A DNA stretch of 59,208 nucleotides from Candidatus Hydrogenedentota bacterium (GTDB taxonomy: Bacteria > Hydrogenedentota > Hydrogenedentia > Hydrogenedentales > CAITNO01), in the NCBI GenBank assembly GCA_033813475.1, contig JAPXRP010000001.1:1-59208 (forward strand). The letters are read 5' to 3'. Numbering within the stretch: position 1 is the first letter of the stretch; each line of letters begins with the position of its first letter. A program made the position numbers and the translations under genes. The notes under the pieces were generated by a model. The model saw only the letters and a program-made list of their open reading frames with translations. It was not told the DNA's origin and made no database searches. This document shows, one piece after another, positions 45,204-54,661 of the stretch.

Positions 45204-48200
45204 TCAGCGCACGGCGCGCAGGGTGACCACTTCATACGGTGCGAGGCGCACGGGGCCGTCCAGCGGCTCGCCGGGCGTCTCCGACAGCGAGCTCATTTCA
45301 ACGCGCTTCGGCCGGGGGCTGCCCCAGTCCACCACCGCCTCGCAGGCGGTGTCGGACGAATTGAACAGGCGCAGGATGTCCGACGCGCCGTCGTCGCCGG
45401 GTTTCAGCACCGTCGCGACGACGCAGTCGGGGGCGATGCGCACCCGCGTCTCCGGGGCCTTGGCGCGTTTCGCGGCGGGCACGGCGACCAGCGGCTGGGT
45501 GAAGTCCGTTCCGAAGCGCTGGGCGGCGGCGGGGTTGTAGCCCGTGTGCGGGCGCAGGGCGTAGCGGAAGGTCGTGGGGCCGTCCTGCGACGCCTTGTAG
45601 TTCGTCTCCCAGTAGTTGTTCATGACGTAGGCGACGAGGGTGGTGGAGGGCTCCAGCTTCTCGATCCAGCCGGAGACCGTGGGGTCGTTGGTGATCCCGC
45701 CCACCTGCACCAGCGGCGTGTCGGCGACGGCCCAGGTGACGCCGAGGGCGTCGTTGGACACGTCCACCCACCGCTGCACGGTGAAGTAGTTCTTGCATGC
45801 CCCGGCCATCTGGTCCGTCTCGGGCCGGGCCACGGCCAGCGGCAGGTCCATGCGCACCACGCCGTCCGGCACGTTGAACGGGAAGGCCAGATGCACGCCC
45901 TCCTTCTCGTAGATGTTGGTCTTGTCCAGTATGTCCACCAGTTCCACGTGGTCGAGGCCGGCCACCAGCCGCACCTCGCGCGTGAGGGAGGCGCAACCCG
46001 GCGCGTCGGACGTGACCAGCAGCGACGCCACCAGCGGCCCCTTCTCCTTGACGGTGATGGTCGGCGCGCCGTTGCGCTGCGGGTTGTCCGGCTTTCGGCC
46101 CGCGACGTAGAGGTAGTCGTTGAGCCCGGGGTGCTTGGACCGGTCCACCAGCTCCGCTCCGTTCCCGGCGGCCTTCAGGCTGGACACCGCCCCCGTGGCC
46201 GGGTCAATCTCCGCGGACACCAGCCCGTTGTCCAGGCGGTTTTCACCTCTTATGACAGGACGAAGCGATCCGTCTTTTCCTGTGTCGAAGGTCCATTGGG
46301 CCGCGCCGCCGCCGTCTTTTGGGGCAACCTTGGCGAGCACATACTTCGCGCCGCCCGTGGGGGGCACGTCCGCTGCCAGAAAGGCGAGCTCGCCCGTGGA
46401 GAGCACCTGACTGGACACCGGGTTGCCCTGGGCGTCGCGGACCTCGACGCTCTTCTCCCGCCAGTCGCCCGGCAGGGTGACCAGTCCGGTGCGCGGCCAG
46501 GGGGAGGTGTTGAGCACCATCACGGCGTCGTCTTTGCCCTCCGGCGCGCGCAGGGGCGCCGTGGCGCGGTCGAGCAGGTCGCGGGAGCGCCGGTCGGCCT
46601 CCAGGGCGAAGGCCTGCTTGACGGCCCACTGCCCCTTCACAAAATCCACCTCGGGCTCGCTGATGCTGTTGTGGGCGCCCCAGGTGTGCTCGTCGTAGAG
46701 GATCACCTCGCGCCACGCCGCCTCAAAGTCCGCCGCAGGGTAGTCCCCGGGCCGCAGCATGCTCCAGAGCGCCTGGGCCTGCACGATCCGCTCGGCGGCG
46801 TCTCGGTTCACCGCCGTCTCGCGGGCGGACGACGCCGCGCCGTCCTCCCAGTAGGGCGTGAAGTCGCCGGTCACGCGGGGCACGTCCTTCCCGTACCGGC
46901 GCTCAAACTCGGAAAACGCCTCGTGCGGCGTGGCGATGATGATTTTTGGCGAAATGTAGCGGGCGTTCCAGTCGCGGATCATGTCGGGCAGCCCGGGGTC
47001 GGGCGGGCCGTTGTCGCCGCCGATGTTGTAGCGCACATGCGTGAGGTCGTAGGGGAACTCCGCGTCCTGGAGCTCCGTGAGGTAGGCGAGAATCTTCTCC
47101 CCGTCGCGCATGGGTCCGGAGTGGTACCACGAATAGGCCTTGGCCACCATCCAGCACAGCACCTCCTCCTTCCCGGAGGGGGAGACCCAGTAGTAGGGCC
47201 GGTCGCCCCAGGCCTTCAGGGTAAATCCGATGCGGTGCCCCGCGTTCGGCCCGATGGAGAGGTACTTCACGCCACTCTGGGCGAGCACCGGCACCAGGCC
47301 CCAGGTGTAGCCCGGCACGTCGGAGATCATGGCCGTGTCCATGGGCACGCCGGTCTCCCGCGCCAGGCGGCGCGCATAGCCCGTCAGCTCGACCAGCTCC
47401 TCGGGGCGGCACAGGGCCGTGAGCTGGTTGCCATAGAGCGCGTCCAGTCCGATGGACCCCTCTTTAACCGCCGCCAGGAAGGCCGCGCGCTTCTCCGGGG
47501 TCGCGCGTTTCAGGTAGCTGTCCACGGCCCAGAGCCCCTCGGGCAGCCACTTGAACCGCGCGCCGTCGGGGTAGTCCTTTGTCTTCTCGATCAGCTCCAG
47601 GGCCAGGTCCATGTGGTCCCACTGCGTCCGCTCCACGTCGCTCTGGAGGTGGGTGTAACCGATGTCCAGGTGGGTGTGGTGCATGAGGTACACCGTCCAC
47701 CGGCGGGCGGGCTTCACGGTCGCCGTCTCCCGCGCCGTCGCGCCGTCCACGCGGACCTCCACCGCCACGTCGCGCGGCTGGTCCGCCGCGGGCACCGGCA
47801 CCTCCAGCGTCTGGAGCCCCTTGACCAGCGGGTGCCGCGTCGCCGGGCCGCCGTCCACGCTCACCTCGGCCTCCTGGGCGTCTCCAAAATGGCGCACGGG
47901 CACGCGCAGCACCTGGAGCGGGTTTCCTTCGCGCTCCATGAGCAGCGGCGGGCTCGTCGGCGCGCCGATCTGGACGAAGGGCATCGTCGTCTTGGCGAGT
48001 TTTGCCCCGCGCGGGGCCTCCATCCAGAGGGCGTCATACACCGCCCAGCTGCTGCCTGCCAGGGGGGTGATGGTCACGGTGTTTTCCCCGGCCCGCAGGG
48101 TGGACGCGGGAAAGGTCACGGTGATGAGCGTTTCCTTCCCCTTGTCCGAGGTGCCCGACAGAAAGGCGTCCGACCCGGAACCGGGCTCGGTCTTGCGGTC

Positions 48201-48587
48201 CACCCCCTTGCCGTTCAATTCGACGCGCAGGCGGGGCGGCGCGTAGTAGTGCGTGTCCGCAAGGTCAATCACGACGGCGCATTCGCCCTCCGCCGGGGCC
48301 GTTTCCAGGATAAAGAACACGGAGTAGGCATGGGTCCTGCCGCCGGCCCAGTTGTCGCCGGGGCCGGGGTGCACATAGGGCCAGTCCGTCTCCGGGCGCG
48401 AAACGCCCACGCAGTGGACGCCGTCCGAGGTAAAGTTTCCGTAGCCCCCCGGCGCGAGGGCAAACTCTTTTGCGCTGTCGTCGCGCTGGCCGATCTGCCA
48501 CAGGACGTTTGGCGCGGCTGCGGCGGGAAGCGCGGACAGCAGAAGGGCCAGCGCCAGGCGCGCAGCGGACGGGGAAGCGTGTTTCAT
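45204..48587 (-). CDS. Exported large glycoside hydrolase, GH38-like core (alpha-mannosidase fold) with an N-terminal extra module
   Basis: A signal peptide 'MKHASPSAARLALALLLSALPAAAA' is present. 'VYLMHHTHLDIGYTH' resembles the GH38 HxHxDxGW metal site. The assignment is from memory only. The antisense 1335-aa ORF is rejected. Confidence 0.55.
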   Translation of the reverse strand: MKHASPSAARLALALLLSALPAAAAPNVLWQIGQRDDSAKEFALAPGGYGNFTSDGVHCVGVSRPETDWPYVHPGPGDNWAGGRTHAYSVFFILETAPAEGECAVVIDLADTHYYAPPRLRVELNGKGVDRKTEPGSGSDAFLSGTSDKGKETLITVTFPASTLRAGENTVTITPLAGSSWAVYDALWMEAPRGAKLAKTTMPFVQIGAPTSPPLLMEREGNPLQVLRVPVRHFGDAQEAEVSVDGGPATRHPLVKGLQTLEVPVPAADQPRDVAVEVRVDGATARETATVKPARRWTVYLMHHTHLDIGYTHLQSDVERTQWDHMDLALELIEKTKDYPDGARFKWLPEGLWAVDSYLKRATPEKRAAFLAAVKEGSIGLDALYGNQLTALCRPEELVELTGYARRLARETGVPMDTAMISDVPGYTWGLVPVLAQSGVKYLSIGPNAGHRIGFTLKAWGDRPYYWVSPSGKEEVLCWMVAKAYSWYHSGPMRDGEKILAYLTELQDAEFPYDLTHVRYNIGGDNGPPDPGLPDMIRDWNARYISPKIIIATPHEAFSEFERRYGKDVPRVTGDFTPYWEDGAASSARETAVNRDAAERIVQAQALWSMLRPGDYPAADFEAAWREVILYDEHTWGAHNSISEPEVDFVKGQWAVKQAFALEADRRSRDLLDRATAPLRAPEGKDDAVMVLNTSPWPRTGLVTLPGDWREKSVEVRDAQGNPVSSQVLSTGELAFLAADVPPTGGAKYVLAKVAPKDGGGAAQWTFDTGKDGSLRPVIRGENRLDNGLVSAEIDPATGAVSSLKAAGNGAELVDRSKHPGLNDYLYVAGRKPDNPQRNGAPTITVKEKGPLVASLLVTSDAPGCASLTREVRLVAGLDHVELVDILDKTNIYEKEGVHLAFPFNVPDGVVRMDLPLAVARPETDQMAGACKNYFTVQRWVDVSNDALGVTWAVADTPLVQVGGITNDPTVSGWIEKLEPSTTLVAYVMNNYWETNYKASQDGPTTFRYALRPHTGYNPAAAQRFGTDFTQPLVAVPAAKRAKAPETRVRIAPDCVVATVLKPGDDGASDILRLFNSSDTACEAVVDWGSPRPKRVEMSSLSETPGEPLDGPVRLAPYEVVTLRAVR

Positions 48588-48702
48588 CGGCGGGTCTCCC
48601 TGTGGTTTGGCCCGGATCCCGGACGGGAAGAGAATACCGCATCCCGCCGCAGGTTCCCAACACGTCCGCGCGGTCCCGTTCGACAGGCCGCAGGGCCGCC
48701 CG

Positions 48703-50664
48703 TCATTCGGCGGCGGCGGGGTACCGGTAGAGGGTGACGCTGTAGGGCTTCACCGGCAGGGTGCCGGTGAAGGCCCCGCAGTCCACGGGCTGGATGGTGA
48801 TGGTGTCGGGGTGGTTCTCGTCGTTGTGGGCGTCGGGGTTGTCGTTCTGGATGACCCAGGCCGACCCCGCGCCGTCCAGCTTCGCGCCCTGGAGGTCCAC
48901 CTTCACGTCAAGGGGCCTGTCCGTCGTGTTCACCACGGCGAGGGTGAGGGCTTTCCGGTCCTCCGTCCACGCGGCGGCGACGTCGGCATAGTCCATCTTC
49001 TCCTCGACGGCGACGGGGAGGGTGCCGAAGTGCTTCCGGTAGAGCGCGAGGACATGGCCGGTGCTCTCGGAGAACAGGCCTGTGCGGGTGGTTTTGATGG
49101 CCCCGATCACGTTGACGGTCTGCGCGTAGTTCGCCATGTAATAAAGGTCGCTGTTGCGGAATAGGGCGTGGAGGGCGGCGGCGCAGCCGAGGGCGTCGCG
49201 CATGAAATAACGCACGCCCAGCTCGCCGTAGATGTTGGGGCCGTACCAGTAGTTCCACTCGTCCAGGGCCAGCCGGATGTCCTTCCCCTTCAGCGCGCCG
49301 ATGGATTTCCGGTATCCGCGGTGCTTGCCCGCCAGCTCCTCAATCTGCCGCACCGCCTCGTTGACATGCGCCGTCACGTCGTCCTTGCGCTGCCAGTACA
49401 GGTGCTCGCTGAGGAGTTCCATGTGGTCCGAACACTCGGAAAGCATGGTCTCGCTCCATTTCCCCGCGCTGCCCACGCCGACGCACCGGGCCTCCGGCGA
49501 CACGGCGCGGATGGCCTCCACGAAGGTGTTGTGCTTCTTGACGTACTCCTCCAGGGGCATGTGGCCGAGCTGCCAGTCGCCGTACATCTCGTTCCCCACG
49601 GCCCAGAAGGCGACCTTCCAGGGTTCCGTGTGGCCGTTGGCCGCGCGGCGCGCGCCCTCCGGCGTGTCCGCCGCCCCGGTGATGTAGGCCACCTCCGCCG
49701 TGGCGGAGGTGGCGTCGCCGAGCCCCGTGTTCAGGGCGATGTACGCCTCTGTGTTGATCAGCTCGCACAGGCGCATGAACTCGTGGATGCCCACGTCGTT
49801 GTGCTCAACGCCGGTCCACGCGGGGTTCTTGCGGGGCGGGCGCTTGTCGCGGTCGCCGATGCCGTCGCGCCAGTCGTAGCCGCTGACGAAGTTGCCGCCT
49901 GGCCACCGGTAGACCGGGCTGTTGAGCTCCTTCAGCGCGGCCAGCGTGTCCGTGCGGAACCCGTCCACATTGTCCGCCGGCATGAGGGACACCGTGCCGA
50001 CGCGGACCGTGCCCGCGCCGTAACAGCGGATGGCCAGCCGCGCGTCGCCGCAGTCCGCCCCGGCGGTCAGGGTGAAGGGATGCTTCGTGAAGGCGTCCGG
50101 CGGGGTCTCCACCACGGCCACGGCCTCGCCGCCTTCCCACTGGAGGGCCACCTCGACTTTCGTGACGCCGGGGGCGGCCTTCAGGAGGACATATCCCGTG
50201 TAGGCCTTGTCCTTCAGGATGCCGAGGCGGGGATGATAGATGCCGAGCGGCTCCGCCGACCCGTCCAGCGTGATGACCGGGTCATGCTCGCCGACAAAGG
50301 GGCTGTCCGTCGTCATGGCCACCGCCTCGGGCGGGCCGATGATCTGCCAGGGCGAGGCCTTCAGGATTTCATAGGGAACGCCGTCCCCCTCCCACGAGAC
50401 CTTCTTCCCCTCGTGCATTTCCCAGCCCGGCCCCTTGCCGTCCACGGGGAAGAAGAACTTGCGGTCCTCCAGCATCTCCGCCCAGATGCCGCCATAGATG
50501 CAGCGACCCAGATGCTCGATGAACTGGCCGTACACATAGGGGGAGACCGGCTCGCCCGTCTTCGATGCGTCAATGCGCGCCTCCGGCGGCGCGGCGCACG
50601 CGGGCAGCATGCAGCCCCCGGCGATAAGGACAAGCAGCGGCGCGTTTCTGAGCGAGGTGTGCAT
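48703..50664 (-). CDS. abfA: Alpha-L-arabinofuranosidase, GH51-like
   Basis: ORF 48703..50718 is trimmed to the Met at 50664, which gives a signal peptide. 'YGQFIEHLGRCIYGGIW' and 'WAVGNEMYGDWQLGHM' are classic GH51 blocks. Confidence 0.85.
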   Translation of the reverse strand: MHTSLRNAPLLVLIAGGCMLPACAAPPEARIDASKTGEPVSPYVYGQFIEHLGRCIYGGIWAEMLEDRKFFFPVDGKGPGWEMHEGKKVSWEGDGVPYEILKASPWQIIGPPEAVAMTTDSPFVGEHDPVITLDGSAEPLGIYHPRLGILKDKAYTGYVLLKAAPGVTKVEVALQWEGGEAVAVVETPPDAFTKHPFTLTAGADCGDARLAIRCYGAGTVRVGTVSLMPADNVDGFRTDTLAALKELNSPVYRWPGGNFVSGYDWRDGIGDRDKRPPRKNPAWTGVEHNDVGIHEFMRLCELINTEAYIALNTGLGDATSATAEVAYITGAADTPEGARRAANGHTEPWKVAFWAVGNEMYGDWQLGHMPLEEYVKKHNTFVEAIRAVSPEARCVGVGSAGKWSETMLSECSDHMELLSEHLYWQRKDDVTAHVNEAVRQIEELAGKHRGYRKSIGALKGKDIRLALDEWNYWYGPNIYGELGVRYFMRDALGCAAALHALFRNSDLYYMANYAQTVNVIGAIKTTRTGLFSESTGHVLALYRKHFGTLPVAVEEKMDYADVAAAWTEDRKALTLAVVNTTDRPLDVKVDLQGAKLDGAGSAWVIQNDNPDAHNDENHPDTITIQPVDCGAFTGTLPVKPYSVTLYRYPAAAE

Positions 50665-50780
50665 GACGTGTTCTCCTTGTCGTGTTCCGTCCTTCGGCGG
50701 CCGGACTGGTCGCACCAATCAGCATGCCATATCGGGGCCCGACGTTTCCTCCCCCCACCCGCCACCCCGCGCGCGAAGCG

Positions 50781-50930
50781 CGCCTTGGAGTGCGGCAGCC
50801 CGCTGCCGCCTTCCAGACCGGGCACCACGATGGCCCGACCTTCATGAACACCCCCGGCACCACGCATCCGCCCGCGCGCGGGCAAGCCCGCGCGAAGAAA
50901 GGCGGCAGCAAGCTACCGCACTCCAAGGCG
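50781..50930. repeat. 30-bp inverted repeat pair with a 90-nt spacer
   Basis: 'cgccttggagtgcggcagcccgctgccgcc' (50781-50810) faces 'ggcggcagcaagctaccgcactccaaggcg' (50901-50930). There are 3 mismatches. Confidence 0.8.
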
Positions 50931-51061
50931 CTGCGCGCGGTACAGGCTTGGGCCGATGCCTCGTCCCCGCATTCTCCCGTTTGCGCCTTCCTCTGCGGCC
51001 CTCCGCGCTCTCCGCGTCTTGCGCTGTAAATTCCCCTCTCTTTCCGGGGGCAACCTTCGGA

Positions 51062-51307
51062 TCAGGAGAGGATGTCCGCCACCGTCATGAACCAGCAAAC
51101 GGCGGACGCGGCGGCGTAGAGGGAGAACAGGGCCACGAGCGCCCAGAACCCGGCGGGGTTGTCGTCGCGGCGGCAGCGCTTGCTGCTGTCGGTGTGGCGG
51201 ATCGCGCCGGTGCGCAGTCCGTCCACCACCACCCAGGCGAGATACGCGAAAAGCCCCCAGGTGGCGGCGGTGACCACCAGCAGCCGCAGGAGGCTCATGG
51301 CGGTCAT
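51062..51307 (-). CDS. Small two-helix membrane protein (81 aa)
   Basis: It has an ATGA overlap with the upstream URO-D-like gene. Two hydrophobic helices are seen ('LLRLLVVTAATWGLFAYLAWVVV', 'FWALVALFSLYAAASAVCWFM'). Confidence 0.5.
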   Translation of the reverse strand: MTAMSLLRLLVVTAATWGLFAYLAWVVVDGLRTGAIRHTDSSKRCRRDDNPAGFWALVALFSLYAAASAVCWFMTVADILS

Positions 51308-52440
51308 CCCGCCCCCTCCGTCATCTCCACCATGACCTCGTAGTTCCGCAGGGCGGCGGGGGAGAGGTGGCGGCCGATGGGGCAGGCGGAGGGCATGAGC
51401 ACGAACCCGCGTCCGGCGCCGGCGGTGCCCTCGTCGAGGGCGCGGCGGACCTTTTCGGCGAAGCGGTCGGGGGGGAGGGTCTCGATGTCGCTGAGTTCGA
51501 GGTTGCCGAAGAGGACAAGGTCCTTCCCGTACCGCTGCCGGACGTGGCGGAGTTCCACGTCCCCCTGGGGCGGCGGCTCGATGGGGTCGAGACCGTCGGG
51601 CCCCATGGCGGCGATGTCGTCGAGGATGCCGTGGAGGCGGCCGTGGGCGTGGATGCGGGCGTAGCCGCCGTGTTTCTGGATGGCGCGGACCATGGGCGCG
51701 ACGTGCCGGCAGACATACTCGCGGAAGAGGGAGGGCGGCAGGTAGGGGGCGGCGGCGAATTCGGGGCCGTAGATGCGCCAGAGGCGGCCCGGCAGGGCGG
51801 CGGCGGCGGCCTCGGTCTGCGGCAGGATCACGGCGGCGTAGCGGTCGAGGAGCCGGTGGAAGAGGTCGGGCCGCGTGAGCGCGGCGGCCAGGTAGTCCTG
51901 CATGCTGAAGAGCAGCGCGGCGAGGCAGAGCGGGTCCGGCGTGTCAATCATGACGATGCCGGTGCCGCCGAGGGCCGCCTCGGCGGCGAGCACGGGCGCG
52001 GGGTCCGGCGCGCCGCGGAACGCGGGCGGCGGCAGCGCCAGAAAGGCCTCCAGGTCCTCCTCGCCCTTGAGGAGGTGCTCCTCCGTCCAGTCCGTGTTCA
52101 CGTCGCGGTCGCGGCGCGCGCGCGCCGTGAGGGTGCGCCCGCCCGCGCGCACGCGCTGGACCCGGAACCGGGCGCCGTCCCGCTCGAAAGACTCCGTCTC
52201 CGCGAGGTCGCCCACCGGGTCCGGCAGCACGCCGTCGAAGGCCACGCCGCGCATGACGATGCGGTCGGTCTTTTCCCGGGCCAGGTCAATCAGGGGCTTC
52301 CACGACGGGTCGGCGTAGATGTTGAACGGGTCCGGATCGTCCGGGCGCTCGTCGAGGCCGTTGATCTCGTAGAAGCAGACGGGGGGGCGGTCCACGGCCT
52401 CCCCGCGCAGGGTGCGCATCAGGCGTTCGCGGCGGGTCAT
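51304..52440 (-). CDS. URO-D family protein (second paralogue)
   Basis: ORF 51304..52884 is trimmed to the Met at 52440. '[25 protein letters not shown]' resembles the paralogue at 43962. 'GFVLMPSACPIG' lies near the C-terminus. Confidence 0.75.
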   Translation of the reverse strand: MTRRERLMRTLRGEAVDRPPVCFYEINGLDERPDDPDPFNIYADPSWKPLIDLAREKTDRIVMRGVAFDGVLPDPVGDLAETESFERDGARFRVQRVRAGGRTLTARARRDRDVNTDWTEEHLLKGEEDLEAFLALPPPAFRGAPDPAPVLAAEAALGGTGIVMIDTPDPLCLAALLFSMQDYLAAALTRPDLFHRLLDRYAAVILPQTEAAAAALPGRLWRIYGPEFAAAPYLPPSLFREYVCRHVAPMVRAIQKHGGYARIHAHGRLHGILDDIAAMGPDGLDPIEPPPQGDVELRHVRQRYGKDLVLFGNLELSDIETLPPDRFAEKVRRALDEGTAGAGRGFVLMPSACPIGRHLSPAALRNYEVMVEMTEGAG

Positions 52441-52796
52441 GGCGTCGTGACGATGCCCCAGGGGCTGTTCTCCGGCGAGGCCCCCCGGATCTTCATGATC
52501 CAGAGGTCCGTGTCCAGCTTCACCAGCACGATGGAGTCGTCCACGTACACGTTGCCGGAGCGGTCCTTGAAATAGCAGTAGAGCCGGCGCTCGCTGTTCT
52601 CCAGCTCCGCCGTGCCGAGCACCTGCTCGATGCGCAGGTCCTCCGCGCCGCGGATGCGGTCGAAGGATTTTTGGAGCGTCTCCAGCGGCGGCAGGGACGC
52701 GCCCCGGTAGTCGTTGAACAGCTGGACCGCCCCGGCGGCGGCCCCGGCCGCGACCAGCGCGGCGGGAACGAGGAAGCGAAGTCTGCGGAGAAACAT
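52437..52796 (-). CDS. Small signal-anchored protein (119 aa)
   Basis: ORF 52437..53177 is trimmed to the Met at 52796 ('[23 protein letters not shown]'). It has an ATGA overlap with the downstream URO-D-like gene. Confidence 0.5.
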   Translation of the reverse strand: MFLRRLRFLVPAALVAAGAAAGAVQLFNDYRGASLPPLETLQKSFDRIRGAEDLRIEQVLGTAELENSERRLYCYFKDRSGNVYVDDSIVLVKLDTDLWIMKIRGASPENSPWGIVTTP

Positions 52797-53034
52797 GGCA
52801 AAACCCTCCCGGTCGTGGTTGCCCCGGCCCGGAGGCCCCGTGCCCCCGCGCCGCGCAAAAGGGAAACGTCCGCACCGGCGGCAACGGGGACTGCCCGGCC
52901 GCCGTCGGGGGCCATTATGGACGCCCGGGGGGGAGAGCAAGCAACCCGGGGATTTGCATCTGCGGAAGGCTGCGGTCAATGATGGGTGGGCAGGGTTGCG
53001 GCCGTCTCCGCCACACGGAGGGAAAGGAGTTGTC

Positions 53035-54423
53035 ATGCGTTTTCTGAAGATGCGGTTTGTCCTGGCGTTGCTGGTTTGCGCGGGGTTGGGGATGAATCTC
53101 GGCGCGGCGGCGGAGGGGGCTTCGGCGCTCCGGGTGTGCACCTTTGATCTGGACGTGACGCCGCCCGTGGGCAGCATGATGGCCTATGACCCCGTGAAGG
53201 GGACATGGGACATGGGGCTGCGGGCGCGGGGGGTGGTGCTGCTGGGGGCGGGGGAGCCCATGGTCCTGTGCGCCGTGGACTGGATCGGCATCGCCAACGG
53301 GGCGCATGACGCGTTCCGGAGGGCGCTGGCGGAGGCGGCGGGCACCGTGCCCGACCGGGTGGCGGTCCACACGCTCCACCAGCATGACGCCCCGGCCTGC
53401 GATTTTTCGGCGGAGGACCTCCTGCGGGAATACGGTCACACCCCGTACCGCTACGAGGGGGCCTTTGCGCGGGAGGCGCTGGCGCGGCTCGCCGGGGCGG
53501 TGAAGGACTCCCTGGCGGAGGCGAAGCCCCTCACGCATGTGGGCCTGGGGCAGGCGGAGGTGCGGGAGGTGGCCTCGAACCGGCGCATCCTCGGGCCGGA
53601 CGGCAAGGTGCGGGCCACGCGCTTCACCACCTGCGCCGATCCCGCCCTGCGCGCGGAGCCCGAGGGGGTGATTGATCCCCTGGTGTCCGTGGTCAGCCTG
53701 TGGAACGGCGACGAGCCGGTGGCCGTCCTCAGCTATTACGCCACCCACCCGCAGAGCTACTACCGCACGGGAATTCCCAACCCCGATTATCCCGGCGTTG
53801 CGCGGTTCCTGCGCCAGATGGCGGTCCCCGCCGCCCTGCATGTCCATTTCACCGGTGCCGGGGCCAATGTGGGGGCGGGCAAGTACAACGACGGGTCCAA
53901 GGAGAACCGCCTGGTTCTCGCGGAACGGCTGGCGGACGGCATGCGCCGGGCCTGGGAGGACACCCAGAAGACCCCCGTCACGCCGGAACAGGTGGGCTGG
54001 GCCGTGGAGCCGGTGCTCCTGCCGCCGGCGAAGCACCTGTCCGAGGAGGCCCTGGTTGCGGCCCTGAAAGCCCCGGCGGAGGAGGGCAAGGTGCCCGAGG
54101 GCCCGGCGTCCGACCTTTCCTGGCTGCGGCGGTGCCAGGCGGGGAATCCGATCCCCATCGCCTGCCTGCGTTTGGGGGAGGCCCGCATCCTCCACCTTCC
54201 CGGCGAGTTGTTCGTGGAATACCAGCTCGCAGCCAAGGCCATGCGTCCGGACCTTTTTGTCGCCCTCGCGGCCTACGGCAACTATGCCCCCGGATACATC
54301 GGCACGGCAGTGGCCTATGAGCAGGGCGGCTACGAGACGGGGCCGGACGCGAGCGGGGTCTCCCCCGAGGTGGAAGGGGTGCTGCTGGCGGCCATGGAAC
54401 GGCTGATAAAAAACGACCCATAA
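53035..54423 (+). CDS. Exported hypothetical hydrolase, possibly neutral-ceramidase-like fold
   Basis: ORF 52714..54423 is trimmed to ATG 53035, giving the signal '[26 protein letters not shown]'. '[15 protein letters not shown]', 'HTLHQHDAP', 'ASNRRI' and 'LPGELFVEY' loosely recall the ceramidase-like family. The functional call is weak. Confidence 0.55.
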   Translation: MRFLKMRFVLALLVCAGLGMNLGAAAEGASALRVCTFDLDVTPPVGSMMAYDPVKGTWDMGLRARGVVLLGAGEPMVLCAVDWIGIANGAHDAFRRALAEAAGTVPDRVAVHTLHQHDAPACDFSAEDLLREYGHTPYRYEGAFAREALARLAGAVKDSLAEAKPLTHVGLGQAEVREVASNRRILGPDGKVRATRFTTCADPALRAEPEGVIDPLVSVVSLWNGDEPVAVLSYYATHPQSYYRTGIPNPDYPGVARFLRQMAVPAALHVHFTGAGANVGAGKYNDGSKENRLVLAERLADGMRRAWEDTQKTPVTPEQVGWAVEPVLLPPAKHLSEEALVAALKAPAEEGKVPEGPASDLSWLRRCQAGNPIPIACLRLGEARILHLPGELFVEYQLAAKAMRPDLFVALAAYGNYAPGYIGTAVAYEQGGYETGPDASGVSPEVEGVLLAAMERLIKNDP

Positions 54424-54481
54424 AAATAAAAGACAACAAAATATCGCGCGGCGGCGGGTAGGAGGCAGGCTTTCCCCTGAC

Positions 54482-54555
54482 GTGACACGGGCTTCCAGCC
54501 CGTGTCTCGGGTCATGGATACCGCCCCAGAATCACGGGCTGGAAGCCCGTGTCAC
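54482..54555. repeat. Pair of inverted hairpin units
   Basis: 'gtgacacgggcttccagcccgtg' (54482-54504) faces 'cacgggctggaagcccgtgtcac' (54533-54555). Each unit is itself a hairpin (cacgggc/gcccgtg). Confidence 0.8.
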
Positions 54556-54661
54556 CTCAGTTTGTGTTCCCGGCATCTCACCCGTGAGATAGGGGCTGGG
54601 TGTCGGCCTTCTCCGTACCGCCAGCGTCCCGCTGGCCTTGTCTGAGGTGCCGGAACCACCG

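Noticed and set aside
44730-48737. A 1335-aa ORF on the + strand. Similar giant antisense ORFs occur at 4409..6523(-), 7572..10043(-), 10016..11701(-), 11749..13401(-), 31801..34143(-), 33999..35456(-), 37933..41097(-), 49168..50847(+) and 54638..56713(+).
   Set aside because: All lie antisense to ORFs with clear family motifs. Their translations are dominated by R/G/P/A/H/V runs with no motifs, as expected for stop-codon-poor shadow frames in about 67 % GC DNA.
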